Shown: positions 1 through 13,206 of the stretch, piece by piece
Position numbering within the stretch: position 1 is the stretch's first letter
How the letters are laid out: each line of letters starts with the position of its first letter
Assembly: GCF_009914755.1 (NCBI RefSeq)
Contig: NC_060930.1
Strand: one strand, 5' to 3'
DNA length: 64,000 nt
Source: the human T2T-CHM13v2.0 reference genome, Homo sapiens
Notes under the pieces: model-generated
What the model saw: only the letters and a program-made list of their open reading frames with translations
What the model was told of the DNA's origin: nothing
The model's database searches: none
Made by a program: the position numbers and the translations under genes

Positions 1-548
1 CTGAGAAGACTTTCCTGGTTATCTCTGTAACTCCATACCAGGCAAGGAAATGGGGACTGAGACTACAAAATGAATGTATGTATGGAGCGGAGGGGAATGG
101 TAGGAGTATGAGAAAGCCCAGAAAACAACAAAAACAAGGGAGAAAGAGTATTCTAAACCCCCAGCAGAGTTGCCTACAAGATGAGTTCTATGTGCCTGGC
201 AGGATACTGAAGCAGTGAGGAGAGGAGTGGGCCTGAAGAGACGGGCTAATGAGGATGTGATTGTCATCTGGGTGACAGTGACCTGTGAGGACTGCTGAGA
301 AAAGACCACAGGGCCCGAGGGCATCTCACTGATGCTGCCATGGATAGACAGTATCCCAAGGGGACAGATCCTGTATTGACTGAAACTTGAAGTTCATTGC
401 TCAGAAGAATGGGGGAATTCAAAATAGAGATAAAGTTACAGAAAAAAAAAAGGAAGGTATATTTATTTGTATGAGAATTTAGTGTCTGAGAATTTGGTCC
501 CACTATATGGAAAGTAAGCATGGTTATACAGTTACCTTATTCTGTGCC

Positions 549-1000
549 TGTACTAGGCTGAATCGTGCCCCCTCCACCACCCCTGCCCAAAACAGATGTC
601 CACATCCTAATCCTGGAACCTGTGGATATTAACTTACTTGGAGAAAGAGTCTTTGCAGATGTAATTAAGTTAAGGATCTTGAGATAAGGAGATCATCCTG
701 GATTATCTGGGTAGGCCCTAAATTCAATGACAAGTGTTCTTATGAGAGGCACACAGAAGAGAGACACAGAAGCGGAAAGGATGTGCAGATGGAGGCACAA
801 GTCAAGGAATCCTGATAGTGACCAGAGGCTAGAGGAGGCAAGGAACAAAATCTCTCCTGGACCCACTGCAGGGAGTGTGGCCCTGCTGACACCTTGATTT
901 CAGACTTCAGGCCTCCAGAATCGTGAAGGACTAAGTTTTTCTTGTTTTAAGCCACCAAGTTTGTATTAATTTGTTACAGCAGCCACAGGGAAGCTAATAG
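549..1000 (+). mobile_element. MLT1-family (ERVL-MaLR) solo LTR, MLT1B/C/D-like
   Basis: Diagnostic blocks 'gtctttgcagatgtaattaagttaaggatcttgagat', 'ccctgctgacaccttgatttcagacttc' and the end 'aatttgttacagcagccacagggaagctaata'. Confidence 0.9.
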
Positions 1001-1289
1001 TGTTCAAATTCATCTTGCTAGAGATCTGTCTCCCAGAACAATTCTGAGCAAACACTCTTTTCTATAAATTAAAGTGAACACTTTACATACTTGAAGACTG
1101 ACATAAAATGGCAGAAATTCAAAATAAAAGGAGATCTTAGAGACAGTCTAATTGTCTTGCATTGAGGTCCTTTGCTTGTGGTTGGCAAATGAAGTACTGG
1201 CCAAACAAAGATGAGAGCCACGTATCTGCCCTCCCAGTTCAGTGCTCTTTCTCCTACCCTGTGCTACCTCGTTGTAAGAACATAGGCTG

Positions 1290-1653
1290 TGTGTTCATCT
1301 GTTTTCATGCTGCTAATAAAGATATACCTGAGACTGGGTAATTTATAAAGGAAAGAGGTTTAATTGACTCACAGTTCCACATGGCTGGGGAGGCCTCACA
1401 ATCATGGCAGAAGGCAAATGGGGAGCAAAGTCACATATTAATATGGTGGCAGACAAAGAAAGAGCTTGTTCAGGAGAACTCTCCTTTATAAAACCATCAG
1501 ATCTCCTGAGACTTACTATCATGACAACAGCATGGGAAAGACCCACCCCCATGGTTCAATTTACTCCCACCAGGTCCCTCCCACTACACTTGGGAATTAT
1601 GGGAGCTACAATTCAAGATGACATTAGGGTGGGTACACAGCCAAACCATATCA
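1290..1653 (-). mobile_element. THE1 (THE1B/C-like) solo LTR
   Basis: Reverse complement begins TGATATGGTTTGGCTGTGT; 364 bp; 5-bp TSD GGCTG/GGCAG. Confidence 0.95.
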
Positions 1654-2784
1654 GGCAGTATCTTACACATGTTTCATATATTCATCTATCAATTATGTAT
1701 TGATCACAAATGATGGGCACTCTTCTAGCTATTAAAGATATAATAAAATATATTTTTAAATTATAGTATATGTTAATGTATGTATTGGGAGAGGGAGTGG
1801 TGGGAGTATGAGAAAGGCCAGGAAACAACAAAAACAAATCTTAAAAATAGGGAGAAGAGTCATCAGCACAGTTGCTTACATAGAGAAGGTGCTCAGATGT
1901 TGGTTTACTACTTTCGCTTTCAGTTCTTTTCTTCCCTAAAGCTCCTAAGGAAACTCCAAGATCATTTTTGACTCTGGCAAGCTGCATTACACAGCTCCAG
2001 TTTCCTAACATTTCCTTGATGGATTATTGTGGTTTCTTAAGAATGATCTCCTTTAAAACAATATTTATGTTACTTCTTAAAAATGTAGCATGGCATTTAA
2101 GGTACAAAGATAGATGTAGCCTACATGGACTCATCCATATTATCAACACTGATTAAATTCACCCTGTGGAAATCGTGCCACACACAGGCTTGGTAAAAAT
2201 AAAATTCTTAACCAGATTGCAAATCAATTAGTAATATTCTGAATCATATGTTCCTAAGCATTATACTTAATTTTAAGTTTTCTATAGTGATTAAATATCC
2301 TTTCACATGTTATGTTTTATATCTTAGCCATTCTTAACAAATTTTGGTTATGCTGGCATCTTGCTAACAGAATACAAAATATTCCAGCTTCCTTAACAGC
2401 ACTTCTAATAATGTTGTACTTACACTTGTCATCAACACACTTCACAGTATTTTTTTTCTTTTAGACCAGAATTATATTAGTATTTCTCATAGCATTAAAA
2501 AAATTCCAGTTTTGCCCACTAAAAGGTCATAGTACTTAGACAAGGAAACTGATTATATTTCTTACGTAGACAAATAGAGACACCAGGAACACTTACAGAC
2601 ACAGTCACAGGCTGTGAATACGTAACTCCAAATGCCTAAATAAAAATTCAACATCAAGTTAACTTCCAATTACTTGGATACTTGCTGACTTTTGGGGAGT
2701 ATTACATTTAATGGAATTTTAAAATGTTGTACTAAAAAACTTTCTATTTTATAGACTGTGAGCACCATGAAAATGAGGTAATTT

Positions 2785-2950
2785 TTATCTGTGTGACTTC
2801 AACAAGTTACTTAATCTTTTTGTGCCTGTGTCCTAATCTTTAAAATGAGGATAACAGTAGTAGGTACTTCAGAGGCCTTAGTGAAGACTAAATGACATAT
2901 ATATGCCAGAAAATAGAACACAGGCACTTGACATAGACTCTTTATTGGTA
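2785..2950 (+). mobile_element. MIR SINE fragment
   Basis: Core 'tgtgtgacttcaacaagttacttaatc...taaaatgaggataacagtag'. Confidence 0.75.
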
Positions 2951-3349
2951 TGCTTGCTGCCTTGCCCAGTGACTGACACAGAGGAGATGATCAATGATAT
3001 TTGTAAGTGAATATAGACAATGACAGGCATAGAGGGAGGCACCTGGAGTGCCCCCACAGAACATGACTTAGGAGCACATTTACAAATACATTGTGTTTCC
3101 TTATTCCAACGCAGCAGATATTTTCTTCCTTTGCTACCATCTGGCTTTTAGACTGGGTGGTTGGGGAACAGAAGCAAGAAAATGTCATGAAGTAACTTTG
3201 CAGTCTCTTCACCACTCTCAGGGCAAAGGTGTCCAGAATTTAAAGTTTATTTGGGTCTCCACCCACCTACTGATTTAGTGTCCCTCTAAGTCTTTAGTGC
3301 CCCTGTGAGAGTCCTACTAGAGTGTTAATGGGTTGAGATTGAAATAAAA

Positions 3350-3550
3350 ATTGCTAACATTTATTATGTACTGAATGGGCCAGGCACTAGAGGAAGCATT
3401 TCACCTGTTTTATTTCATTTAGGCTTCACAACAAACAAAAGAGGCAAGCACTATTATTTTGACTACTTTATGGAAGGAGAAACAGAGAGTTAAAGAGTCT
3501 GACTGACTTGCTCAAGATCACCTAAATTTGCGATGGATGGTCTGGAACCC
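3350..3550 (-). mobile_element. MIR SINE fragment
   Basis: Antisense MIR pattern 'aacatttatt...gccaggcact...gacttgctcaagatcac'. Confidence 0.75.
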
Positions 3551-4378
3551 AGCTGGGGCTCCTGCAGTTCATATTCTTATTTAGTCGGTATTCCATGTCT
3601 GATGGCAGCCTGTGGTCTTACACTCAAGGAAGTTTGGATGTCTCCCAATATTTCTCCCCAGGTTTAAGGAGTCACTAGCTGGTTGGACATTATCAGATAC
3701 TGGGAGGTAGCAGTGAATATACTTATGATCACTGTCCCCATTTCACTCAGTGTGGCTAAATGCTTTTGTTCATTAGAGAAAAAAAATGAGATGGATGAGT
3801 CTCCAAGGGAGTATTGGATTCAATTACTTTAATTTTTGTGTGTGATTTAAATGCACTTACCACAGTTTAGAAAACAGGATCTGAAGCTCGGAGAAATATA
3901 ACAAAGCTGGCATATGGAAAATGAAATCTAGGCCTTAAATCTCTCTTAGTGCAGCATTTCTGCTTCTTCTTCTGCTCCCTATGCAAGAAAAGTAGTTATT
4001 TGTAGGAAAAGAAGAGCAAGAAACCAGGTGAATTTTATATACTGGGCTGAAACAAGGCCAGTGGCAATGCCACTATATCAAAAAAAGTTGTGGGAAAACC
4101 AATCTTAAGACTGGTTATAAATGAACAACTTGTTGCAGACAAATGCTCCTGATGGGAACAGCTTAAAAAATCCAGCTAAAATAGAAAAATCGTATGTTTT
4201 AAAGTCTTGGCTAATTGTCCGGGCAGTCAAGACTTGAAAAGCGAATAACAGAAAGAAGGGAAACTAACTAAGGTGAGCACAATATTAGAAGCTGGGCAGA
4301 AGGTGACAGCCAAGAGATAATGAGGCCAGCAGAACTTTAAGCAATTGCATAGCCATGTGAATAAAAAATTAGAATTCT

Positions 4379-4514
4379 GGCCAGGCATGGTTGCTCACAC
4401 CTATAATCCCACTGCTTTGGGAGGTCGAGGTAGGAGGATCACTTGAGGCCAGAAATTTGAGATCAATCTGGACAACAGCAAGACTCTGTTTATAAAAAAC
4501 AAACAAACAAAAAT
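4379..4514 (+). mobile_element. Alu monomer (FLAM_C-like) inserted in L1M
   Basis: Single left-arm monomer plus A/CAAA tail; TSD AATTAGAATTCT at 4367-4378 and 4515-4526. Confidence 0.9.
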
Positions 4515-5646
4515 AATTAGAATTCTACTTTGCCATAATAGGCAGAGCTTAAAAAGCCAAGATCCTAGAGAGAAATGAAGTACAGAGAAGTGAGCCCAAC
4601 ACTTGAGACATTTACTGATGAAGATATGCAAGGCAAGAGGCTAAAAAACTAAGCAAAAAGTAACTGAATGTAAAAAGGAATTTTATGCAGCCTCGTGTGC
4701 TGGAGAGACAAAAACTGGAGTTCAGGAATTGGTAAGGAGGAAGGGCCCTAAGAAAGAACTGTAGATATTGGGCTTATTAGATACAGACTTAAAAATAATT
4801 GAGATTAATATATTTGATTAATAGATGACAAAAATGAAGACTTTCACTACAGAATTGAAATTGTTAAAAAGCAAGTGGAAATTCTGGATAAGAAAATATA
4901 ATAACAAAATTACTTGAATTAATTAACTCAGATGGGTTTAAGTGGAAACTGAACATACTCGAAAAGGGAATTAATAAGCTGGAAAATAATCAGTACAAAA
5001 TATCTAGATTGAAGAGTTAAAAGTAAAAATTATAAAAAGTAGAGAAAATTGTGTAAGAGATTTATGGGGCATGGACTAATATGTATAATTGGAGTCACAG
5101 AAGGGTAGGAGAGAGATTGGAGTAGAAGAGATTGAAGTAGATACTTCAACAGAAGAAGCATTAATGGCTGAGAATGTTCAAAACCAATGAAAGACAACAT
5201 CACAAAATCAAAATGCACTTGCAACCCAAAGCAAGGTAAGTACAAAGAAATCATGGATAAATACTTAACAGAAAAACTGCCAAGAACCAAAGTGATAGAT
5301 TAGATATTAGCATCTAGAAAAAACAAAAGCACAATACCTTCAAAAGAGTAATAACATGACTGACAGCTGGCTTCTTAAAAGAAATACCAGAAGCTGAAAG
5401 AAAATGTCTGCCAACTTAGAATTTTATATACAGCAGAAATATCCTTCATAATTATGATGAAATAAGAAATATTTCCAGACAAAATGAAGGAAATTATCAC
5501 CAGCAGAAAATATGCAAAAGAAATACTCAGTAACTAAAGAGAGCTTTCCAGGCAGAAAGAATCTCAGCAGAAACAAAGTGAAAGCAATAACAATAGCAAC
5601 AACAGCAACAGCAAAAGGAAAGGAAAAGCAACAGAAATGGTCAATA

Positions 5647-6231
5647 CGGTCAGTTCTGTTACAGCACATTTCTAAAAATCACAAAACTATACAAAATTAA
5701 TAATGAAAACCACAGGCTTAGAGGGAAAATGAGTTTACATTTACAGCATTTAAAAATTTCATAGTTGACACGAAAATATAGACAGAAACCTAATGAAAAC
5801 TAGCAAAGTTTTACACATTAAGTGGTTAAGAAACATATCAGTTCTACAATAAATATGGCGTTTTATCTTGAAAAAAACTTTGTGTGTGTGTGAACGTGGG
5901 TATCAGAAAGTTTGCAGCTTGTGAAGTGGTGAAAGTAAGGTTATCTGAAATTTGACAAAAAGTTGTAATGGATATAGCTCATAACACACATGGTGAACTG
6001 AGGCAGCTGACAGATGTTTGAGATGAATACCTGTGTACATTTTTATATTTTATTTTGCTCAGTTAAGCTGAGCACAGTTTTTCTTTTTTTGCATTCACCT
6101 GTGTTTCTCATGGATAAAATTGAGCAAAAGCAAATGCAAAATTTACATTATACTAAAGTGATTTTCTAGTATATCAATTGCATTAAAACAAATTCATGTT
6201 TTCAAAGCAAGCATTATAGAAGCACTGACTG
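5647..6231. mobile_element. Non-autonomous TcMar/Tigger-like DNA transposon inserted in L1M
   Basis: Flanked by TA on both sides; imperfect terminal inverted repeats CGGTCAGTTCTGTTA ... TAGAAGCACTGACTG; interrupts A-rich L1 sequence. Confidence 0.7.
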
Positions 6232-6752
6232 TATGAAAGAAAACCTAAATAAATATTGGTTGTACAAAACAATAAGAGATATGTGCATAATTAACATTTA
6301 TGACAATATTGGCACAAAAGTTTGCAAGGGGGAAATGATGTTAAATTTTTTTTATGATCGTAATATGGTTTGGGAAGTGGAAATAGTACTAATTTAGTCC
6401 TAATAACTCAAAAGGCATGTAGTAATTTCTAGGGATATAAAAAGTATACCTAAGAAACTAACAGAGGACAATAAGTAGAATTATAAAATAAATACGGGTT
6501 AAATCCAAAGAAAAGCAAGAAATGAGAGAAGGGAGGGAAAACAGGTGGACTAAATAAAAAAATAGTAAAATAATAGATCCAAACTTAAATATATCAGTAA
6601 CCACAGTAAATAAAAGGGATCTAAATACTCCAATCAAAAGACAGAGATTGTCAGATTATATTTAAAAAATTCTCTGTGATACTTACAAGAGACATCATGT
6701 ATATATAAGTATGCACAAACCTGCAAAAAGTGAATCAAAAAAATATATTAAG

Positions 6753-7045
6753 TGTATCAGTTTGCTATTGATACTGTAACGAACCACCAAAAACATTACT
6801 TAAAACAATATGAATGTATTATCTTACAGTTTTTTCAGGCAAAAATCTGAAATTGATCTTATGGGGCTGAAATTAAGGTATCAGTAGAGTTGCATTCGTT
6901 CTAGAGGGTAGAGGAGAGAATCTGTTCCTTGCCTTTTGCAGCCTGCATTCTTTGTCTTGTGACCCTATTCCAGCAATCATATCACTCTCACCTCTGCTTT
7001 TCTCATCATATTTCTTTCTCTGATGCTCCTAACTGGCTTATATGA
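6753..7045 (-). mobile_element. Truncated MLT1 LTR inserted in L1M ORF2
   Basis: Antisense MLT1 start 'tgtatcagtttgctattgatactgtaac...cttaaaacaa...cttacagtt'; other end missing. Confidence 0.8.
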
Positions 7046-10000
7046 AACACTGTTCTCAACAATGGCACCACACATACTTCGTTTAAATGCATGTGAAACA
7101 TTTATCAAAATTGAGCATATAATATGTCATAGAGTAAGTCTCCACATTTTGAAAGATTAAAATCATTGGGAGTACAATCTTTGTGTCTGAACACATTGTA
7201 ATTAAACTCAAAATCAATAATATAAAGATAACTAGAACATCCCCAAATGTTTTGGAAACAACCCATGGGTCAAGGAGGAAATAACAATGGCAATGAAAAT
7301 ATTTTGAATTGAATAATTTTGAAAATTAGACATATTAAAAATTGTGGAATGCAACCAAACCTGTGTTAAGAGGAAAATTTATAGCTCTAAATGCTTTACT
7401 ATAAAAGAAAAAAAGCTGAAAATCAATGATATAAGTATCCATTACAAAAGTTACAAGATAACAGGAAATTAAACATGAAAAGTAGAAAGATTAAGATAAT
7501 TAATGTAAAATAGGAATTAATAAAATAAAATAAGAGAAAAATTACCAAAGTCAAAATTTAGTTCTTTGAAAAATTAGTAAAATTGATAAACCCCAAGAAA
7601 GATTGATCAAGGAAAAAAGAGAGTACAAATGACTACAATTAGGCATTAGAGGAAATAACTAAATTTTCCACAGACATATATTAAAATAATGATATATTGT
7701 CAATATATTTGGTAGTATAGATAAAATTAAAGCTTATAATTTACCAAAAATTATACAAAAGGTAATTAAATATAAATAGTCCTACATGTATTTATACACA
7801 AACACCTTCCCCCCATCCCCAAAATCTCCAGGTCCAGAGCCTTCATCAGTGAAATTGAAACGCTTAAAGAAATAACATCAATTTTAAGAAGCTCTTCTAG
7901 AGAATAGAATGGCAAGCAACACCTTCCAACTTACCTTTCAAAGCCAGCGTAACTTTGATACTAAAATGTGAGAAAGATGTAAAAATACAGGCCAATTTCT
8001 CTCAAGGATGTAGATGCAAAATTCTACTCAAAATGCTAGCAATTTGAACCAGTAATGTATATGCAGAGGATAATACATAAACAGTAAACTGGGTATTAAC
8101 AGTAAACTGGGTATATTCCAGGTATTCCAGGTATGCAAGTTGGCTTCACATGAAAAAAATCAGTCAATGTAATAAATCACATTAATAGAATAATAACAAA
8201 TCACATACTCATCTCAATAGATGCAGTAAAATATATTTGACTAAATTCAACAGTCATTTCATGATTTAAAATAAAACTAACACCACCACCCCCGCCCCTC
8301 ATGGAAAACTAGGACTAAAGAGGAATTTCTTTAACCTGATAAATGATATCTGCAAAAAATATATAGTAAATATTCTATTTTGTGGTGAGTTATTTAAAAC
8401 TCTCCTGAGATTAAGACAATGCAAGGATTGCCTTACCACCTCTTCTTTTCAACACTGTACAGAGGTTTTAGCCAGAGCAATAAAGCACGAAAAAGGTGTT
8501 AGGATTGGAAAGCATGAAATACAACTGTCTTTATTCTTAGATGGCATAGAAATCTAAACATTATAGAAAATAGAAAAGAGTCTATGGTCAAACTATTCAA
8601 ATAAGACAACTTAAGTGGGACTCTAGATACAAAGTGAATGTACAAATTCAATTGTATTTCTTTATACTAGCAACAAATAATTGCAAAGAAAATAATAAAA
8701 ATATTGACATCAGCATCAGCAATCATCAAATACCTATAATTAAATCTAACAAAAGCTATATGAGGATTTTATACATAAATCTACAAAAACATTATTGAGA
8801 GAAATGAAAGCAGACAAATGGAGAGTCATTCTATGTTTGTGGATTAGAAATTTCAATATTGTAACTATTTCAATTTTTTATAATTGGTCTATGGATTCAG
8901 TGAAAAAACAATCAAAATCCCAGCACAATATTTTTCCTGGAAATGGACAAGTTAAAATCTTAATTATGTATGGAAATTCAGAGGGCCGAAAATACTCAAA
9001 GTATTAGTCAGTTTTTCTAATTGAAGAAGAAAAAAAGCTAAGATACACACTACAAGATTTTAATATTTGCTACAACATTATAGTAATTAAGACAATGTTG
9101 TATCAGCTGGAGGATAAATAAATAGGGTAATGTAACACATTAAGTCCAGAAATAAACCTACTAGTATGTGGTCACCTGATCACCGGATATATGATGACAT
9201 TGACAGCAGTGAAGAGAGAAAAGAATGGTCATTTCAATGAATGGAATGTTTCAATTGGATATCCATGTGGAAAAAAGTGAATCTCACCTGTATGTCACTT
9301 TACACACAAAAATCAAATGCAGATGGATTATATTTCTAAATGTAAAAGGTAAATCAATAAAGCTCACAGAAGACCACATAGGAGAATATATTTGTGACTT
9401 TGGAGTAGGCAGAGAGTTTATCTTAAAGAGGACACAAAAGGCATTAGTCATAAAGGGAAATATTGATAAATTGGAATTCATTAAACTAAACAGCGCCTCT
9501 GAAAAATACACGGTTAAGAGAATGAGAAGGCGAGCCACCATGGGTAAACATACTTGGGATACATATTTAACAAAGACACATTCTCAGTATAAAACCAATT
9601 CACAATAAGAAAATGATAGACAACATAGTTAGAAATATGCATAGACTTGAACACGCATTTGAGAAAAGGATATCCAAATGGCCAATCAAGAGTGAACAAA
9701 TCAATTGTAGAATATTCACAAAATGTAGTAGTATATAACATGAGAATAAAGAAATCACTACTACATGCAATAACACTGACGAATTTCACAAACGTTGCTC
9801 AGAAGAAGTCAGACAAAATAAAATACATATTGTATGAGTCTATTTACATACTCTTCAAAAATGGGCAAAAATAATGGATAGTAATTGACATCAGAACAGT
9901 GGTTACCTTTGGGGAGCCAAACTACTGGGGAGAGAGAAGTGTGGGTAATATTTTATTTCTCAGTCTGGGTGATAGTTACATGTGTTCACTTTGTGAAAAC

Positions 10001-10099
10001 TGAGTTAGACACAGGATTTGTTGCATTTTTCTGTACACTTGTTACACTTCAATAAAAAGAAAATTTAAAAAATGAGGTGATAGAACACTCAAGTGCAAA

Positions 10100-10475
10100 G
10101 TTGAACTTAGATTAGACACTGCTAATATGTTTTTGGCACAATATGGGAATTTGAATATTATCTAGATAAGAGATGACATTAAAATATCTTTTAGTTTTTT
10201 GATGTATCATGGTATTATGGTTATTAAGGAGAGTGTTCTCATTTTTAGCAGAGGTAAACTGAAGGGATTATGAGTTAAGTGTCAAGATGTTGGCAACATA
10301 CTTTGAAATGGTTCAGTGAAACATATGCATATATAAATACATATATATATGTGTATACACACAGGGAAAGCAAACACAGTCAAATGCTAACAAATATTTA
10401 CAACTGTCAAATTTAGGATACTTATGATCAATGTGCCAATCTTTTGACTTTTTGTATGTTTACAAATATTTATCA
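10100..10475 (+). mobile_element. Old L1M 3' UTR fragment
   Basis: 'ggtattatggttatt', 'tactttgaaatggttcag', 'caaatgctaacaa' typical of L1MC/ME 3' ends. Confidence 0.6.
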
Positions 10476-11424
10476 TAGTCAATTAGGAAAGAACATTCTG
10501 AGGCTTTAGAGTTAGTGTTTGTCTCCATGTGGCTTATGTGCCTGAGGTCCTATGGCTATGTATATTAGCCAGAGTGATATGTAACGTTGTTTTGCCTGTT
10601 TCCTCCAAATCTTGATCAGCTCATTTCACATTCCCTGGAGTCAGAACACAAGGCCCAGGCCAGCTGCCCCCTCGGACTACCAGATGTCAGGCTGCCCTTT
10701 GCGGACTTCTCACTTGCCAACCTCTTCCTTTTCCTTTTCTCCTCACCTTGGACACTGCCTTCCTTTTCTTCAGCCCCTTCTCATGGCACCAAGTGGTTCA
10801 ACTCCATTGTTTTGGAACAAGGGAAAGAGAAACAAGAAAAATAAATATATCGCCCCAATTCACTGGAGGAGTCTGGAATTGAGCAAAATTAAAACAATTT
10901 CTCTGTAGCCAGCACCACAGCAGGAGCTGGGCTCTCTGACACATGTGAAACACTCTTTCTGTGTGTAAATATTTTTAAATTGCCTTGTTAAAGAAAAGAG
11001 GAAACCCAGGCAGAGTCATACATTGCCCAGATGTATCGGATCAGAAGAATGAAAGTGCAAAAGGTCAGAGACTCTATTCTGAAGAGGAGAGAATATCTCT
11101 ATTATTTATAAAGGGCAGAATGAGGATTACGCGCATGAAGGAGACAGATACAGACAGGCTGCCCCTGGAAAATTAATGGAGCACTGGAAGGTGCAAGCAG
11201 AAAAAAATCCTGGCCACCTGTGAATTGGGTTAGAGAAAAGAGGAAAGGCTTTTGTACAGATATCCTGCAATATGAGGGCTAAAGGTCTCCCTACAAGTAG
11301 GTGATTGCTTATTGATCCTAATTTCCCCTATGTACACTACTGAGGAACACCAAGAAGAAAAGTTCTTCCAACAAAAACAACGTTTTGATGTCTGTCCCTC
11401 ACTCAATTTTAAAAATTTTCAAGG

Positions 11425-11640
11425 TGGACTTTGGAGTCAGACTACTCAGACTCTATTACTTATTTATTAATGATGTGACCTTGGACAAGTCACTTAACCT
11501 CTATCTCTAAATATTTTCTCATTTATAAAATGACAATATTATTAGTATGTACCTTATGGGCTTTCATTTAGTGTTAGTTACTATGTGTAAAAGGCTTGGA
11601 ATGATGCCTGGCATAGATGAAATGCCATCTACTTGTAAAC
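11425..11640 (+). mobile_element. MIR SINE
   Basis: 'ctttggagtcagac...tgtgaccttggacaagtcacttaacctct...atgcctggcatag'. Confidence 0.85.
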
Positions 11641-11654
11641 TGTGACTATGGTAA

Positions 11655-11705
11655 TGGTGATGATGATGATGAGGAGGAGGAAGAGGAAGAGCAAAGAGGA
11701 AGAGC
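11655..11705 (+). repeat. (GAT)n/(GAG)n purine-rich low-complexity tract
   Basis: 'gatgatgatgatgaggaggaggaagaggaagag' at the MIR tail. Confidence 0.85.
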
Positions 11706-12259
11706 AGCAAAAAGAGCACTGCATAGGCATTATCTTCTTTTCAACAATCTTCACTTACAAATTTCTGTTTATGAAACCATCAGTTCAGCGGCAAGACCCC
11801 AGCTCTCCAAGTTGTTGCAGACTTCTTATTTTCTGTAACACTTCCAGCACTCAATCCATTAGTTGACGAGTTCTGTAGATTTGACCTTTTGTGTTTCTCC
11901 TATCTCTTACCTCATTTCATTAACAAAAATTTCACTCTAAGTTTGCTTCTTACCTGAAAAACTTGAGAGGACTTCTTGGTCTCACTGTATCCCTAGACCT
12001 CTCCCCTCCATGATGTCTCCACTCCATGTGTTGACAGATTGGGTAACGTAAAAACCTGCTCATAACCCTGCAATGGCTGCCCATTGCCTGTCAACTAAGC
12101 ATGAAACCTTTAATCCAGCATATGGAGCCTTGGGAAATCCTGATCTGCATTTCTAGACTTAGTCTTTTTATTTATTGATGTGTATGCTAAATGTTCTATT
12201 CACACTAGATTTCTCACGGTTACCTGAATCTTGGTCAATTTCAGATTGCACTGCTTTTA

Positions 12260-12430
12260 GCTATATGGCCCTGGGCAATTAACCAGAGTATCAGTTTTCT
12301 CTTCTGTAAACTGGGAATAATAATAGACTTGACTTTGTAGTGTGATTATGAAGATTACAGGATTTAACACGTTAAAGATTTAGCACAAAGCCTCATACAA
12401 ATTAAGTATTCAGTAAATGTCAGTTATGAT
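12260..12430 (+). mobile_element. MIR SINE fragment
   Basis: 'ctgggcaattaacc...tcagttttctcttctgtaaactgggaataata...tattcagtaaatgtcagtta'. Confidence 0.75.
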
Positions 12431-12868
12431 GATGATAATGATGACATGAATGCTCTTGGTTATGCTGTTCTTTTACATACAACTTCCCTCATTTCTGTTT
12501 TCTTTTGACAAAACACATGCCATCCTTCAAGTCTTAAGTCTTTTCAGAAATCCTTCCCATTTATAGTCTTTTCTTACTCCATCCAACCAGGTGTCTGCTT
12601 TCCCTCTTCTGAATCCTCCAGATGCTCCCTTTTCTTTTATAAATTAGATTCCTGTGTGACCTACAATTATTTTTGTACTTAAAATGCCTTTCTGCAGCTT
12701 ATCCTCACTTTAAAACCATAATAAAAATTTCTAAACAGGCAACTAACCCTTCGAAGGTAGGGACTGCTGCTTTACTCACCTTGGTATCAGTTGCAATATC
12801 TTGTGCAGCCATATGAAAAGCACTTATAGTGTCCTTAGTTGATAATTTAAGTTTAATGGATAAATTAA

Positions 12869-13206
<338 letters not shown>

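Larger units (their letters stand above)
4070..10070 (+). mobile_element. Ancient near-full-length L1M (L1ME/MD-like), heavily decayed
   Basis: A-rich ORF1-like remnant ~4780-5500; ORF2 remnant ~6560-9680 (ORF 9225-9608 resembles the ORF2p C-terminal region); 3' end 'cttcaataaaaagaaaatttaaaaa'; 5' boundary uncertain. Confidence 0.85.

Noticed and set aside
11617-11866. Acidic/basic-tract peptides (DDDDEEEEEE; RRRKRK)
   Set aside because: Translation of a simple GAT/GAG repeat at a MIR tail
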